64,000 nucleotides of DNA from Syntrophales bacterium (GTDB taxonomy: Bacteria > Desulfobacterota > Syntrophia > Syntrophales > PHBD01), in the NCBI GenBank assembly GCA_963668175.1, contig OY764159.1, positions 1,056,001 to 1,120,000 on the forward strand. Reading direction: 5' to 3'. The notes beneath the pieces were generated by a model, which saw only the letters and a list, made by a program, of their open reading frames with translations, was not told the DNA's origin and ran no database searches. Of the stretch, positions 36,330 to 47,065 are shown in pieces (the first letter of the stretch is position 1; the number at the start of each line of letters is the position of its first letter). The translations under genes and the position numbers were made by a program.

Positions 36330-39080
36330 ATGACAACGGTCCGCAATCCCCAATATACCCGCCAGAATCCGCGCAGTATCGCAATTGTGGTTCTGGTCGT
36401 TCTTCTTTTGCTCTTTTCCGGAAAGACCATCATCCTCCTGGGCGACTGGCTCTGGTTCCAGGAAGTCGGTTTTGTCACGGTCTTCAATACCATCCTGACC
36501 GGGCAGATGCAGACGGCGGGCCTGTTCGGCGCGGCTTTTTTCTTTATTTTCTTCGGCAATCTCTTTCTGGCCGTGCGGCTCTCGGCCGCGGATGTCAACC
36601 TCGATATTCACGCGGATGTCATCAATATCCCCGTTCCCGGGCCGGGGGATGCCCTTGTTAAGAGGATCGTCCTTATCGCTTCCCTGATTCTGGCGCTCTT
36701 CGCATCCGTTCAGGGCGCGGCGCAATGGGAGAGTATGCTTCTGTTTTTAAATACCGTACCATTCGGCGTCAAAGATCCTCTCTTTGACCGCGATATCGGT
36801 TTTTATGTCTTTCAGCTTCCCTTTCTCCAGTACCTCCAGGGCTGGGCGGTTTCCGTCCTGATGTTCACGACGGCGGCGACAGGCGCCGTTTATCTCCTGC
36901 GCCGGTCCGTCATCTTCATCCGTCCGCGTTTCTTCAGATTCAGTCCCACGGCACGGGCGCACATCCTCGCTCTTGTCGCCGTTCTGTTTCTGCTTGCAGC
37001 CGCGGGATTCTGGCTCGATCTGTACGAACTCCTCTATGTCAAGCGGGGCGTTGTCTTCGGAGCCGGATATACGGATGCAACGACGCAGCAATGGGTGCTC
37101 GTCGTACTCGCGGGATTGAGCGTCGTTGTCGCGGCGGTCTTCGCTGTTGTCGCTTACCGCTGGAACTGGAGGCTGCCGGTATTCGCCCTGCTGGTTTTTG
37201 CCCTCCTTGTTGTGCTGGGCCGTTCCGTTTATCCGGCCTTCGTTCAGAAGTTCAAGGTCGTCCCCAATGAAGTGGTTCTGGAGAAGCCTTATCTCGAAAA
37301 GAACATCCGCTTTACCCGCATTGCCTATGGGTTGCAGGATATCGAAGACCGCGTGTTCGCCGCGGAGGAGGCCCTGACCATCAAGGATATCCGCCAGAAC
37401 GACCCGACCATCAAGAACATCCGCCTGTGGGACTATGCACCCCTCCTGCAAACCTACGGACAGCTCCAGGAGATACGGACCTACTACAAGTTCCTCACGG
37501 TGAACAACGACCGTTATATGATCAACGGGGAGTACCGGCAGACGATGATTTCCCCGAGGGAGCTCTCCTATGCCGCGCTGCCTTCCCGGACATGGGTCAA
37601 CGAGCACATGACCTACACGCACGGCTACGGCGCCGTCATGGGGCCGGTCAACCGCATCTCGCGGGAGGGACTCCCCGAATTCTTCATCAAGGACATCCCG
37701 CCGGTGTCGTCGGGCAGCCTGAAGATCACCCGGCCGGAGATTTATTACGGCAACACGAACAACGACTATGTCTTCGTCCGGGCCAAGAGACCGGAATTCG
37801 ACTATCCCGTGGGGGACAAGAACGTCTATTCCCGCTACGAGGGCACGGGCGGCGTTCCCCTTTCCTTCTGGAGGAAGATCCTCTTTGCACTGCGCTTTCA
37901 CTCCCTGACGATCCTGCTTTCCGACGACATCACCTCCGACAGCCGGATCATGTTCTACCGTACGATCAAGGAGCGCGTTTCCCGCGTGGTTCCCTTCGCC
38001 AAACTCGACGGGGAGCCCTATCTGGTCGTTTCGCCCCAGGGCCGCTTGATATGGTTCGTAGACGCCTACACGACGACCGACCGGTTCCCTTACTCGGAAC
38101 CGGTTCCGAAGCTCGGCAACTACATCCGCAATACCCTCAAGATCATCGTGGACGCCTACGACGGCTCCATCCGGGTATACGTCAGCGATGAGAAGGACCC
38201 TATCCTGAAGAGCTACGCCCGCATCTTCCCGGGCGTCTATAAGCCGCTCAAGGAGATGGACGAGGGGCTGCGGAGCCATATCCGCTACCCTCCGGGGCTG
38301 CTCCGTATCCAGGCGCGGATGTACCAGACGTATCACATGCAGGACGCCCAGGTGTTCTACAACAAGGAAGACCTCTGGACCATTCCCCGCTCGACCATCC
38401 GCGGATCGGAGCAGGAGATGGACCCGTACTACACCATCATGAAGCTGCCCGACGGGAAAAAGGAAGAGTTCATCCTGATGCTGCCGTTTACGCCGGTCAA
38501 GAAGGACAATATGTCGGCGTGGATGGCGGCGCGCTGCGATATGCCCGACTATGGGAAGATCCTCGTCTACAATTTCCCGAAACAGAGGCTGGTTTACGGA
38601 CCGCGCCAGATCGAGGCCCGGATCAACCAGGACCCGGTGATCTCGCAGCAGCTTTCCCTGTGGAATCAGCGGGGGTCCCAGGTCATTAGCGGCAGCATGC
38701 TTGCGATTCCCATCGAAAAGTCGATCATCTACGTCCAGCCGCTCTACCTTGCCGCTGAGAAGGGACAATTGCCCGAGTTAAGAAGGGTCGTCGTGGCTTT
38801 CGGGAATGCCATCGCCATGGAAGAAACCCTGGAACAATCGCTCCAGCGCGTCTTCGGCGCCGAGGCGGTGAAGGAGGCCGTCGCCGCGGCGTCCGTTCCT
38901 ACGAAAGAGACGTTGGCCGGAAGCGCGGATGTTAGGCAGATATCGGAAGCCCTGGCCCACTACCGGAAGGCTCAGGAATATCTCCGGTCGGGCAACTGGA
39001 GCGGCTTCGGCGAGGAACTGCGGAAGATGGAGGCGATCCTGTCGGCCGCCGAAAAGCAGGCCAGGACCGGTAAACGATAG
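36330..39080 (+). CDS. UPF0182 family membrane protein
   Basis: DWLWF.EVG, DPLF.RDIGFYVF.LP, NIRLWD, YTHGYG, NYIRN.K, YVQPLY. Confidence 0.92.
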   Translation: MTTVRNPQYTRQNPRSIAIVVLVVLLLLFSGKTIILLGDWLWFQEVGFVTVFNTILTGQMQTAGLFGAAFFFIFFGNLFLAVRLSAADVNLDIHADVINIPVPGPGDALVKRIVLIASLILALFASVQGAAQWESMLLFLNTVPFGVKDPLFDRDIGFYVFQLPFLQYLQGWAVSVLMFTTAATGAVYLLRRSVIFIRPRFFRFSPTARAHILALVAVLFLLAAAGFWLDLYELLYVKRGVVFGAGYTDATTQQWVLVVLAGLSVVVAAVFAVVAYRWNWRLPVFALLVFALLVVLGRSVYPAFVQKFKVVPNEVVLEKPYLEKNIRFTRIAYGLQDIEDRVFAAEEALTIKDIRQNDPTIKNIRLWDYAPLLQTYGQLQEIRTYYKFLTVNNDRYMINGEYRQTMISPRELSYAALPSRTWVNEHMTYTHGYGAVMGPVNRISREGLPEFFIKDIPPVSSGSLKITRPEIYYGNTNNDYVFVRAKRPEFDYPVGDKNVYSRYEGTGGVPLSFWRKILFALRFHSLTILLSDDITSDSRIMFYRTIKERVSRVVPFAKLDGEPYLVVSPQGRLIWFVDAYTTTDRFPYSEPVPKLGNYIRNTLKIIVDAYDGSIRVYVSDEKDPILKSYARIFPGVYKPLKEMDEGLRSHIRYPPGLLRIQARMYQTYHMQDAQVFYNKEDLWTIPRSTIRGSEQEMDPYYTIMKLPDGKKEEFILMLPFTPVKKDNMSAWMAARCDMPDYGKILVYNFPKQRLVYGPRQIEARINQDPVISQQLSLWNQRGSQVISGSMLAIPIEKSIIYVQPLYLAAEKGQLPELRRVVVAFGNAIAMEETLEQSLQRVFGAEAVKEAVAAASVPTKETLAGSADVRQISEALAHYRKAQEYLRSGNWSGFGEELRKMEAILSAAEKQARTGKR

Positions 39081-39118
39081 AGGCGGTTCGCGTAAGCCGC
39101 CGGGGAGGAGACGGGAAA

Positions 39119-39568
39119 GTGACGCCGTGTTACCTTGAAGATTTTACCGTTGGCGACCGTTTTGAGTCGAGGGGGATGACGGTCACCGAAAGCGCTATCA
39201 TCGATTTTGCTGAAAGGTACGATCCGCAGCCCTTTCACAGGGACGTCGAAGCGGCCAAGGCGTCGATCTACGGAGGGCATATTGCGAGCGGCATGCAGAC
39301 CGTCGCTTTGACCTTCCGGCTTTTTCTGGATACGGGGGTGCTCGCCGCCAATATGGGGTCGCCCGGGTTCGACGAGCTGCGCTGGCATACGCCCGTGCGG
39401 CCCGGCGATACGCTTCATGTCGCGGCCGAGGTCACGGAAGTGCGCCCGTCCTCTTCGAAACCGGACCGCGGCATTGTCCGCTTCCGGGTATCGACCCTCA
39501 ATCAGCATGGCCAGGCAGTGCAGACGGTCGTCTGCAACCAGCTGCTCATGCGCCGCCCGGCAGCGTAA
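39119..39568 (+). CDS. MaoC-family (hotdog-fold) dehydratase
   Basis: YLEDF.VG, DPQPFH.D, IASG, LRW..PVRPGDTL. Confidence 0.88.
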   Translation: MTPCYLEDFTVGDRFESRGMTVTESAIIDFAERYDPQPFHRDVEAAKASIYGGHIASGMQTVALTFRLFLDTGVLAANMGSPGFDELRWHTPVRPGDTLHVAAEVTEVRPSSSKPDRGIVRFRVSTLNQHGQAVQTVVCNQLLMRRPAA

Positions 39569-39599
39569 AGCCATGTCTATGACGGCTCGGAGGTGATCT

Positions 39600-41099
39600 C
39601 TGCGTAAACTTCTTTTGGAAACGATCGTCTTTGTCTGCGGTGCGGTGGTCATGATCCTGGAACTCGTCGGTTCGCGGGTCCTGGCGCCCTATGTCGGGAC
39701 CTCCATCGTTGTCTGGACGAGCCTGATCGGTATCATCCTGGGGAGCCTCAGCATCGGATACTGGCAGGGCGGAAAGATATCCGACCGGGGGCCGAGCTTC
39801 AGGGTCCTCTCCTTCATCATCGGCGCCGGCGCACTCTTCATCGGCCTCATCCCCTTTGTCCAGGGCCCCGTGCAGGAATTGCTCGAGAAGCTCGTGAGCA
39901 ACATCCTGATCAACGCCCCGCTCACCACGGTTCTTCTCTTCGCCGCCCCCAGCATGCTCCTCGGCATGATATCGCCTTACGCCGTCAGGCTGAAGATGGT
40001 GACGGTCGCCGATTCGGGCAAGACCGTCGGCAATCTCTATGCCGTCTCGACCGTGGGCAGCATCGTGGGGACGTTCCTCGCGGGCTACCTGCTCATCGCC
40101 TACCTGGGGACGAACAAGATTCTCCTCGTCCTGTCCCTGGTACTTGTCCTCACCTCGATTTTTGCCGATTACCGGGCCCTCTGGCCGGTCAAGCTGGGGT
40201 TTCTCCTCCTCGTTGTCGCCGGTCTCGCGGTCATGTATGTGCATGAGGAAAAAAAGAGGCAGGCGGGTTTCATCGACGTGGACACGCATTACAGCCGGGT
40301 ACGGATTTTCGACAGGACGGATGCCGGCACCGGAAGGCCGATCCGGGTGATGATGACCAATCCGAGAGAGACCCAGTCCGCCATGTACCTGGACCGGGAT
40401 GACGATCTGGTCTTCAGGTATCTGCGTTTCTTCAGGCTTGCCGGCTACTTCAATCCCGGTATCAAGAGCGCCCTCATGATCGGAAGCGCCGGCTGTTCCT
40501 TCCCGAAGGATTTCCTGAAGCGTTTTCCCGAGGCAAGGATGGACGTCGTCGAGATCGACGGGCAGATGACGGAGCTCGCCGCCCGGTATTTCAATCTCAG
40601 GGAGGACCGGCGGCTGCGAATCGTGCACGAGGACGGCAGAACCTATCTCAACCGGACAAAGAACCGTTACGACGTGATTTACAGCGACGCCTTCAACTCC
40701 TTCTATTCCATTCCCTATCAGTTGACTACGTTCGAGGCCGTGCGGAGAATGGACGGCATCCTGAACGATGGCGGCATGGTCGTCGTCAATCTCATATCCG
40801 CCGTCGAAGGTCCGGAAGGCAAATTCCTCCGGGCCCTGTATGGAACTTTCCAGGAAGTCTTTCCCAGAGTCTATATCTTCCCCGTCAGGGATGCCGGAAA
40901 CGGCGGCGATGCCCAGAATATCATCCTGATCGCCTTAAAGACGCCGCAGCCGTCGTACGCCTTTAGCAGCCGCGATCCCGAGCTGGACGCCTATCTCAAG
41001 CACCGCTGGCCGGGTCCGATCGGGAAGGACATGCCGTTGCTGACGGACAATTACGCCCCCACGGACCTCTATATCCTGGAAATCCTGAAAAGGATCTGA
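39600..41099 (+). CDS. Fused MFS-like membrane / spermidine synthase-like protein
   Basis: N-terminal TM segments (ELVGSRVLAPYVG), VVEID, DGR.YL, YDVI..DAF, LTDNYAP; start CTG 39600 or TTG 39615. Confidence 0.85.
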   Translation: MRKLLLETIVFVCGAVVMILELVGSRVLAPYVGTSIVVWTSLIGIILGSLSIGYWQGGKISDRGPSFRVLSFIIGAGALFIGLIPFVQGPVQELLEKLVSNILINAPLTTVLLFAAPSMLLGMISPYAVRLKMVTVADSGKTVGNLYAVSTVGSIVGTFLAGYLLIAYLGTNKILLVLSLVLVLTSIFADYRALWPVKLGFLLLVVAGLAVMYVHEEKKRQAGFIDVDTHYSRVRIFDRTDAGTGRPIRVMMTNPRETQSAMYLDRDDDLVFRYLRFFRLAGYFNPGIKSALMIGSAGCSFPKDFLKRFPEARMDVVEIDGQMTELAARYFNLREDRRLRIVHEDGRTYLNRTKNRYDVIYSDAFNSFYSIPYQLTTFEAVRRMDGILNDGGMVVVNLISAVEGPEGKFLRALYGTFQEVFPRVYIFPVRDAGNGGDAQNIILIALKTPQPSYAFSSRDPELDAYLKHRWPGPIGKDMPLLTDNYAPTDLYILEILKRI

Positions 41100-41234
41100 A
41101 AGGTTCCAGCCCGCCGCGTCGGGACAAACGTTTCGCTGACTTCCTTTTACTGAAGTTTTCTCTATTTCCCTGAAATTCTATTATTCGGAAAGGACAAGCG
41201 GAAAAACCTGCGGATGCATATATCGCTTCAGCGC

Positions 41235-41738
41235 TCAGGTTTCGGATGGCGAATCGGAATCTTTTCCCGAACTTCGCTTGAACATGTGCAGGATCAGGAT
41301 AACGGCCCCGACGGAAATGGCCGAATCGGCGACATTGAATGCCGGCCAGTGGTGGACTCCAACGTATACGTCAATGAAGTCGATGACTTCCCCGAAGCGA
41401 GCCCGGTCGATGAAGTTGCCGACGGCCCCCGACAGGATCAGGGAGAGGGCGAAGATCAGGAACGGTTCGTCGTTACGGCTTTTGGCGATATAATAGAGAA
41501 TACAACCGATGGCCACGGCCGCAATGCCCAGAAAAAAAATCGATCTGAATACCGGAGATGCGCCGGCCAGGAAACCGAAGGCCGCGCCTGGATTGCGGAC
41601 ATAGGTGATGTTCAGGAAACCGGGGATGATGGCAAGGGATTCATGAAGCGTCAGCATGCCGTCGATGCAGGCCTTCGTCACCTGGTCGAGGACGATGAGC
41701 ACCGGGGCTGTCAGCAGGAAGATGATGTATTTTTTCAC
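41235..41738 (-). CDS. lspA: Lipoprotein signal peptidase II
   Basis: DQVTK, NPGAAFG, GAVGNFIDR, VIDFI, WPAFNVAD. Confidence 0.96.
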   Translation of the reverse strand: MKKYIIFLLTAPVLIVLDQVTKACIDGMLTLHESLAIIPGFLNITYVRNPGAAFGFLAGASPVFRSIFFLGIAAVAIGCILYYIAKSRNDEPFLIFALSLILSGAVGNFIDRARFGEVIDFIDVYVGVHHWPAFNVADSAISVGAVILILHMFKRSSGKDSDSPSET

Positions 41739-41825
41739 AGGCCGATATTCCCTACCCGGAATCCGTCCCCTTTCTCATGAGAGAGGGGACGCGATTTTTT
41801 ACCGTGCCGCAATGGGCTTTCGCAT

Positions 41826-44609
41826 TTATTTGATACTGGCCAGGCAACTGTCGCAGATCTTGGGATGGGACGCATCCGTACCCAGCGTCTCTTTGTAGAT
41901 CCAGCAGCGGTTGCATTTCTCGCCCTTGGCCTTGACCACGGCGACGGTCAGCCCTTCCATCTCGGCGCTGGCGAAACCTTCCCCGTCGCTCTTGTCGGCA
42001 ATCTGAAGCTGGGAGACGATCAGGAGCGCCCGCAGGTCATCCAGGCGGGAGGACAAGAGCGGACGCAGCTTCTCCGGCAGCACGACCGTAACGGCGGCGT
42101 CCAAGGAATGGCCGACGACCTTGTTCTTGCGCGCCGCTTCAATCGCCTTGGAGATTTCGCCGCGAAGGGCGATCATCGTTTTCCACGTCTCCCCGAGTTC
42201 CGGATTCAGGAAGGCGGCATTCACCTCGGGAAACTGGGTCAAGTGGATGCTTTCGGCCTTTCCTGTGCCGCCAGGAAGCGACTGCCAGATTTCTTCGGCG
42301 GTGAAGGTCAGCATGGGGGCCAGGAGCCGCGCCATGGCGTCCAGGATCGCATACATGGCCGTTTGGGCCGAGCGGCGCTCTGTGGACGCCTTCTTCGACG
42401 TGTAAAGCCTGTCTTTCAGGACGTCGAGGTACAGGGCGGAGAGGTCGACGGTACAGTAATTGTAGAGCGTGTAGTACACGACGTGGAACTGGTAGTTCTC
42501 GTAGGCCTCACGGACCCGGCGGACGATTTCCTGGAGGCGGTGCATGGCCCACCGGTCGAATTCCGTCATCTTGTCGTATGGCACGGTATCCTTGGCGGGG
42601 TCGAAGTCGTAGAGGTTTCCCAGGATGTAACGGCTCGTGTTGCGGATGCGTCGGTAGGCCTCGACGAGACGTTTCAGGATTTCTCCCGAGATGCGGATGT
42701 CGTCCGTGTAGTCTTCGGCGGCCACCCAGAGGCGCAGGATTTCCGCGCCGTACTGGTCGATGATCTCCTGCGAGTCGATGACATTGCCGACCGATTTGGA
42801 CATCTTCTTCCCCTCGCCGTCGACGACGAAGCCGTGTGTCAGGACGCTCTTGTAAGGAGCACGCTGGCGCGTTCCCACCGATTCCAGCAGGGACGAATGG
42901 AACCAGCCGCGATGTTGGTCGCTGCCCTCCAGGTACATATCGGAGGGTGAGCGGAGGTAGTCGCGGGTCTCGAGGACGGCCGCATGGCTGACGCCGGAGT
43001 CGAACCAGACGTCGAGAATATTCGTTTCCTTTTTGAACTTCGTTCCCTTGCAGGACGGGCAGGAGATACCCGCGGGCATCAGGTCCTTGGCCTCCCGCTC
43101 GAACCAGACGTCGGCGCCGTGTTCGTGCACCAGGGCCACGATATAGTCCGCCATCTCCTTCGTCAGGATTTCGGTCCGGCACTCGGCGCAGTAGAAGATC
43201 GTGATGGGGACGCCCCAGAGACGCTGGCGGGAAATGCACCAGTCGGGTCGGTTTTCCACCATGCCGTAGATGCGGTCCTTGCCCCAGGAGGGGATCCACT
43301 TGACGCTGTCGATGCTCTTCAAGGCCAGTTTCCGGAGATCGTTCTTCTCCATGGAGATGAACCACTGCTCGGTGGACCTGAAGACGATCGGCTGTTTGCA
43401 TCGCCAGCAGTGGGGGTACGTGTGGTCGATATCCACCATGCCCAGCAGGGCCCCGACTTCCTTGAGCTTGTTGCTGACCGGGATGTTGGCGTCGAAGACG
43501 AACTGGCCCGCGAAATCGGGGACATCGCGGGTGAACTTGCCCTCGTCGTCGACGGGGGCGTAATTGTCGAGGCCGTATTCCATTCCGATCTCGTAGTCCT
43601 CCTGGCCGTGACCCGGGGCGATATGCACGCATCCCGTACCGGCGTCAAGGGTGACGAAGGGGGCGAGAATGAGGAGGCTTTCCTTGTCGTAGAGGGGGTG
43701 CTTGCACTTCAGCCCTTCCATGACGGATCCGGGGAATTCGTCGATCAGCTCGTAATCCTTGATTCCGAAGGCTTCCAGGCAGTAATCGATCAGCTCCTTG
43801 GCGAGAATCAGGACGTCGTCTCCGACCTGGATGGCCGCATAGACGAAATCCTTGTGAAACGCGATGGCGAGGTTCGCCGGGATGGTCCAGGGTGTCGTCG
43901 TCCATATGACGACACTGACCTTCTTGCCGGCAAGTTTCGGCCTTATGGCGCTGATATCGGAAATCAGTCGAAATTTAACGTAGATGGAGGGCGTCGTGTG
44001 GTCCTTGTATTCGACCTCGGCCTCGGCGAGGGCGGTCTTGCAGGTCGCGCACCAGTAGACGGGTTTCTTGCCCTTGTAGACGCTGCCGTTAAGGAAAAGC
44101 TTGCAGAATTCGGCCACGGTGACGGCCTCGTAGTCGTACGACATCGTCAGGTAGGGATTGTCCCATTCGCCGAAGACGCCGAGACGCTTGAACTGCTCCC
44201 GCTGAATGCCGACGTACTTCTCCGCGTACGTCCGGCAGAACCGCCTCTTGTCCGCCTGGGACATATCGTGCCGCTTCTCGCCCAATTCCTTGTCCACCTG
44301 ATGTTCGATCGGGAGGCCGTGGCAGTCCCACCCCGGGACATAGATGCTGTCAAAACCCGCCATATTCCTCGACTTAATCACCATATCCTTGATGATCTTG
44401 TTCAGGGCGGTCCCGAGATGGATGTTTCCGTTGGCATAGGGGGGGCCGTCATGAAGAATGTGGACTTCCCGCCCTTGCGACGCTTCGCGGATCCTCTCGT
44501 ATATCTTCATCTTCTCCCAGAAGGCGAGCATCTCCGGCTCTTTCTGGGCCAGATTGGCCTTCATGGGGAAATCCGTCTTGGGCAGATTCAGGGTTTCTTT
44601 ATAGTCCAT
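41826..44609 (-). CDS. ileS: Isoleucyl-tRNA synthetase (type 1, C-terminal Zn finger)
   Basis: [54 protein letters not shown]...CDSC. Confidence 0.98.
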   Translation of the reverse strand: MDYKETLNLPKTDFPMKANLAQKEPEMLAFWEKMKIYERIREASQGREVHILHDGPPYANGNIHLGTALNKIIKDMVIKSRNMAGFDSIYVPGWDCHGLPIEHQVDKELGEKRHDMSQADKRRFCRTYAEKYVGIQREQFKRLGVFGEWDNPYLTMSYDYEAVTVAEFCKLFLNGSVYKGKKPVYWCATCKTALAEAEVEYKDHTTPSIYVKFRLISDISAIRPKLAGKKVSVVIWTTTPWTIPANLAIAFHKDFVYAAIQVGDDVLILAKELIDYCLEAFGIKDYELIDEFPGSVMEGLKCKHPLYDKESLLILAPFVTLDAGTGCVHIAPGHGQEDYEIGMEYGLDNYAPVDDEGKFTRDVPDFAGQFVFDANIPVSNKLKEVGALLGMVDIDHTYPHCWRCKQPIVFRSTEQWFISMEKNDLRKLALKSIDSVKWIPSWGKDRIYGMVENRPDWCISRQRLWGVPITIFYCAECRTEILTKEMADYIVALVHEHGADVWFEREAKDLMPAGISCPSCKGTKFKKETNILDVWFDSGVSHAAVLETRDYLRSPSDMYLEGSDQHRGWFHSSLLESVGTRQRAPYKSVLTHGFVVDGEGKKMSKSVGNVIDSQEIIDQYGAEILRLWVAAEDYTDDIRISGEILKRLVEAYRRIRNTSRYILGNLYDFDPAKDTVPYDKMTEFDRWAMHRLQEIVRRVREAYENYQFHVVYYTLYNYCTVDLSALYLDVLKDRLYTSKKASTERRSAQTAMYAILDAMARLLAPMLTFTAEEIWQSLPGGTGKAESIHLTQFPEVNAAFLNPELGETWKTMIALRGEISKAIEAARKNKVVGHSLDAAVTVVLPEKLRPLLSSRLDDLRALLIVSQLQIADKSDGEGFASAEMEGLTVAVVKAKGEKCNRCWIYKETLGTDASHPKICDSCLASIK

Positions 44610-44694
44610 GGGGTGCTCCTGTAAAAATTCATTTCAGTTTAAGCGTGCTGACTAACACAGAACCTGACGATTTTCAAGGCCGATAACCGGATTC

Positions 44695-44736
44695 AAAAAC
44701 CGCCTTCCTCGCCCGTTTGCGAGGGCGGGAAGACGG
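44695..44736 (-). terminator. Terminator after the acyltransferase gene
   Basis: Minus strand CCGTCTTCC...GGAAGGCGG-TTTTT. Confidence 0.55.
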
Positions 44737-44774
44737 CCGGGATTTCCGCCTGTTCCTGTGTGGATAGATGACAA

Positions 44775-45707
44775 TCAGGTCGACGGGAGCGATTTCCGAT
44801 AGCGGTCGTCCAGCATGGCGTTGATCTCTTCCATGATGACCCGCGTGGCGCCTTCGAACTGTTCCCGGTATTTAATCTGCGATGAACGCGAGAGGAGCTT
44901 GAACGGCTCGTCGATGCGGAACGGCTTCAGTTTGTCATCCAGGGACAGCGGTTCGCCGACGCGGTAGGTGATCCAGCCGCTCTTGGCCACGGGACTGCTC
45001 CCCGGGTAGACCTTGTCCGAGTTGTTGCAGGCGACGGGAACGACCTTCTTCCCCGTATACAGGGCGAGCTGCGCAATGCCCGTCCTGCCCTCGCCGAGTT
45101 GCGAACCCCGCGTCCCTTCGGGGAATATGATGACGCTCAGTTTCTTTTCGCAAAGGGCCCCCTGGCTGATTTCCGCGACACGGGCCATGGTCTTCTCATA
45201 GTAATCCCGGATGAACGCGACGAAGGAATCTCCCATAAGGGCCGCGGTCTCCGCCAGTTTCTTGGCCTGTTCCTTCAGGTCCTCCTGCCTGCCGTCTACG
45301 GCGTCCTTGACCCGGCGGTACAGTTCCCAGTCCATGGTCCGGTTGTATTGCTTACGGTAGAATTCCTGGATCAGGTATCCCATGGACGGCACAGGGATGA
45401 GGTTGCACAGGTCCAATCCCCTGGCGAGAACGGGATTGCGGTAGTACTTGCCCTTCACCCAGACGGTCGTTTCCGGGATATTCATCCTCCACAGCTTGTA
45501 TTGGAACGGCCAGTAGTTGAAACGGTCCGTATGGTTCATCGCGTAGATAACGTTTTCGTCCCTGGGAATCCGGTCGTGGTTTTCGATCTTGATATCGACG
45601 TGGGCGAAGAGGTTGTAGTTGGGTCCCAGAAAAAAGGTCCCGATAAATTTCTGCACCACCGAATAGGATACGAGCTTTATTCTTTTCAAATACTCCAGAT
45701 CGACCAT
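44775..45707 (-). CDS. Lysophospholipid acyltransferase family protein (PlsC-like)
   Basis: NHTD block and FPEGTR block. Confidence 0.75.
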   Translation of the reverse strand: MVDLEYLKRIKLVSYSVVQKFIGTFFLGPNYNLFAHVDIKIENHDRIPRDENVIYAMNHTDRFNYWPFQYKLWRMNIPETTVWVKGKYYRNPVLARGLDLCNLIPVPSMGYLIQEFYRKQYNRTMDWELYRRVKDAVDGRQEDLKEQAKKLAETAALMGDSFVAFIRDYYEKTMARVAEISQGALCEKKLSVIIFPEGTRGSQLGEGRTGIAQLALYTGKKVVPVACNNSDKVYPGSSPVAKSGWITYRVGEPLSLDDKLKPFRIDEPFKLLSRSSQIKYREQFEGATRVIMEEINAMLDDRYRKSLPST

Positions 45708-45737
45708 GAGGCCCCCTTTCTCTGCTTCAATCGATCA

Positions 45738-46478
45738 TTAATCTCTGCCGGTTAAAATGCGCCGGACCCGTTCCAGTTCGGCCGGCGTGTCGACTTCCAC
45801 GGAGTCGTAAGGCGTTACGACGACCTTGATCCGGAAGCCGTGCTCCAGAGCCCGAAGCTGCTCCAGGGCCTCCCGGCGCTCCAATTCGCCTTCGGGAAGC
45901 CGCGTGAAGACATCCAGGAACGACTTGCGATAGGCGTATATCCCGTGATGCTTGTAATAGTCCGTCGCGATACCGGCGTCGCGGACAAAGGGAATCGTCG
46001 CCCGGGAGAAGTAGAGGGCGAAACGGTCCTGGTCGAAGACGACCTTCACGGCATTGGGGTGGGTAATCTCTTCGTCGCGGACGATCCGGTAGATGAGGGT
46101 GGACATGGGGATATCGGGATCTTCCTGCAGGGGCTTCACGACCTCGTCGATCTGGGACGGTTCGAAGAGGGGCTGGTCGCCCTGGATATTGACGACGATA
46201 TCCGCCGGATCCAGGCCGAGCCCCGCGACGGCTTCCGCGATGCGGTCCGTGCCGGACCGGTGCCTTTCTCCCGTCATGACCGCCCGGCCTCCGAAGGTGC
46301 AGACGGCGTTGTATATCCGTTCGTCGTCGGTGGCGACGGCGGCGTAGGTGATGCTACGGGATGTCATGACCCGCTCGTAGACATGCTGGATCATCGGTTT
46401 GCCGTTAAGATCGGCCAGCGGTTTCCCCTCGAAACGGGATGACTGGTAGCGGGAGGGGATGATACAGACAACCTTCAT
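45738..46478 (-). CDS. kdsB: 3-deoxy-manno-octulosonate cytidylyltransferase
   Basis: IPSRYQSSRFEGKPL, SGTDR, NIQGDQP, LYFSR, LEQLRALE; start placed at ATG 46478. Confidence 0.95.
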   Translation of the reverse strand: MKVVCIIPSRYQSSRFEGKPLADLNGKPMIQHVYERVMTSRSITYAAVATDDERIYNAVCTFGGRAVMTGERHRSGTDRIAEAVAGLGLDPADIVVNIQGDQPLFEPSQIDEVVKPLQEDPDIPMSTLIYRIVRDEEITHPNAVKVVFDQDRFALYFSRATIPFVRDAGIATDYYKHHGIYAYRKSFLDVFTRLPEGELERREALEQLRALEHGFRIKVVVTPYDSVEVDTPAELERVRRILTGRD

Positions 46479-47065
46479 GGCTTCTTCTCCTGGAATGGAA
46501 ATTGGGACAGTTCCGTATAGATGGCCCCTTTGGGCGTCAGGGTGCTCTGGAAGAGGGTCAGGGACCTTCCAACAAAAGAGCCGGCGCGATAGTCTTTTTG
46601 CCCGTCCATGAACGCGGAGACGCCCGTAAGCCCCCGGGGCGATCTGATCCGCGCGAGCGTCAGATGGGGCCGGAAGGTCCGCTCCTCCCGGGGAAAGCCG
46701 CAGCCGGCCAGGGCGTTTTCCACGGCCGCCTGGAACGCGACCAGGCCCTTCACGTCGCCGCCCGTCCCCAGCCACAAAATGCGCGGGCGCTTGGCATCGG
46801 GGAAGAATCCCGCCGTCCCGATGTCCAGCGACAGCGGCGCATAGGCGGCGGCGACGGGACCGACGGCATCGGCGACGGCATCCAGGCCGTCCCGGGGAAC
46901 ATCGCCGAGGAATTTCAACGTCAGGTGAATTCCGGCGGGATTGACCCATCGAATGTCTCCGGCCAGGAGCTTCCGCATCCGGTTCTGGATGGCGGCGATT
47001 TCGTTCAGCACGGCCTCTGGAGGATCGAGGGCGAGAAAAGCCCGCACGGTTCCTGCTTCAGTCAT
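46475..47065 (-). CDS. thpR: RNA 2',3'-cyclic phosphodiesterase (2H family, LigT)
   Basis: Two HxT motifs: HLTLKFLG and PHLTLAR. Confidence 0.92.
   Translation of the reverse strand: MTEAGTVRAFLALDPPEAVLNEIAAIQNRMRKLLAGDIRWVNPAGIHLTLKFLGDVPRDGLDAVADAVGPVAAAYAPLSLDIGTAGFFPDAKRPRILWLGTGGDVKGLVAFQAAVENALAGCGFPREERTFRPHLTLARIRSPRGLTGVSAFMDGQKDYRAGSFVGRSLTLFQSTLTPKGAIYTELSQFPFQEKKP

Noticed and set aside
44610..44775. T-box leader upstream of ileS
   Set aside because: Too short, no T-box consensus; the hairpin is better explained as the upstream gene's terminator
45738..46949. 403-aa extended kdsB ORF suggesting a fusion
   Set aside because: The extension overlaps thpR in another frame; the real start is ATG 46478
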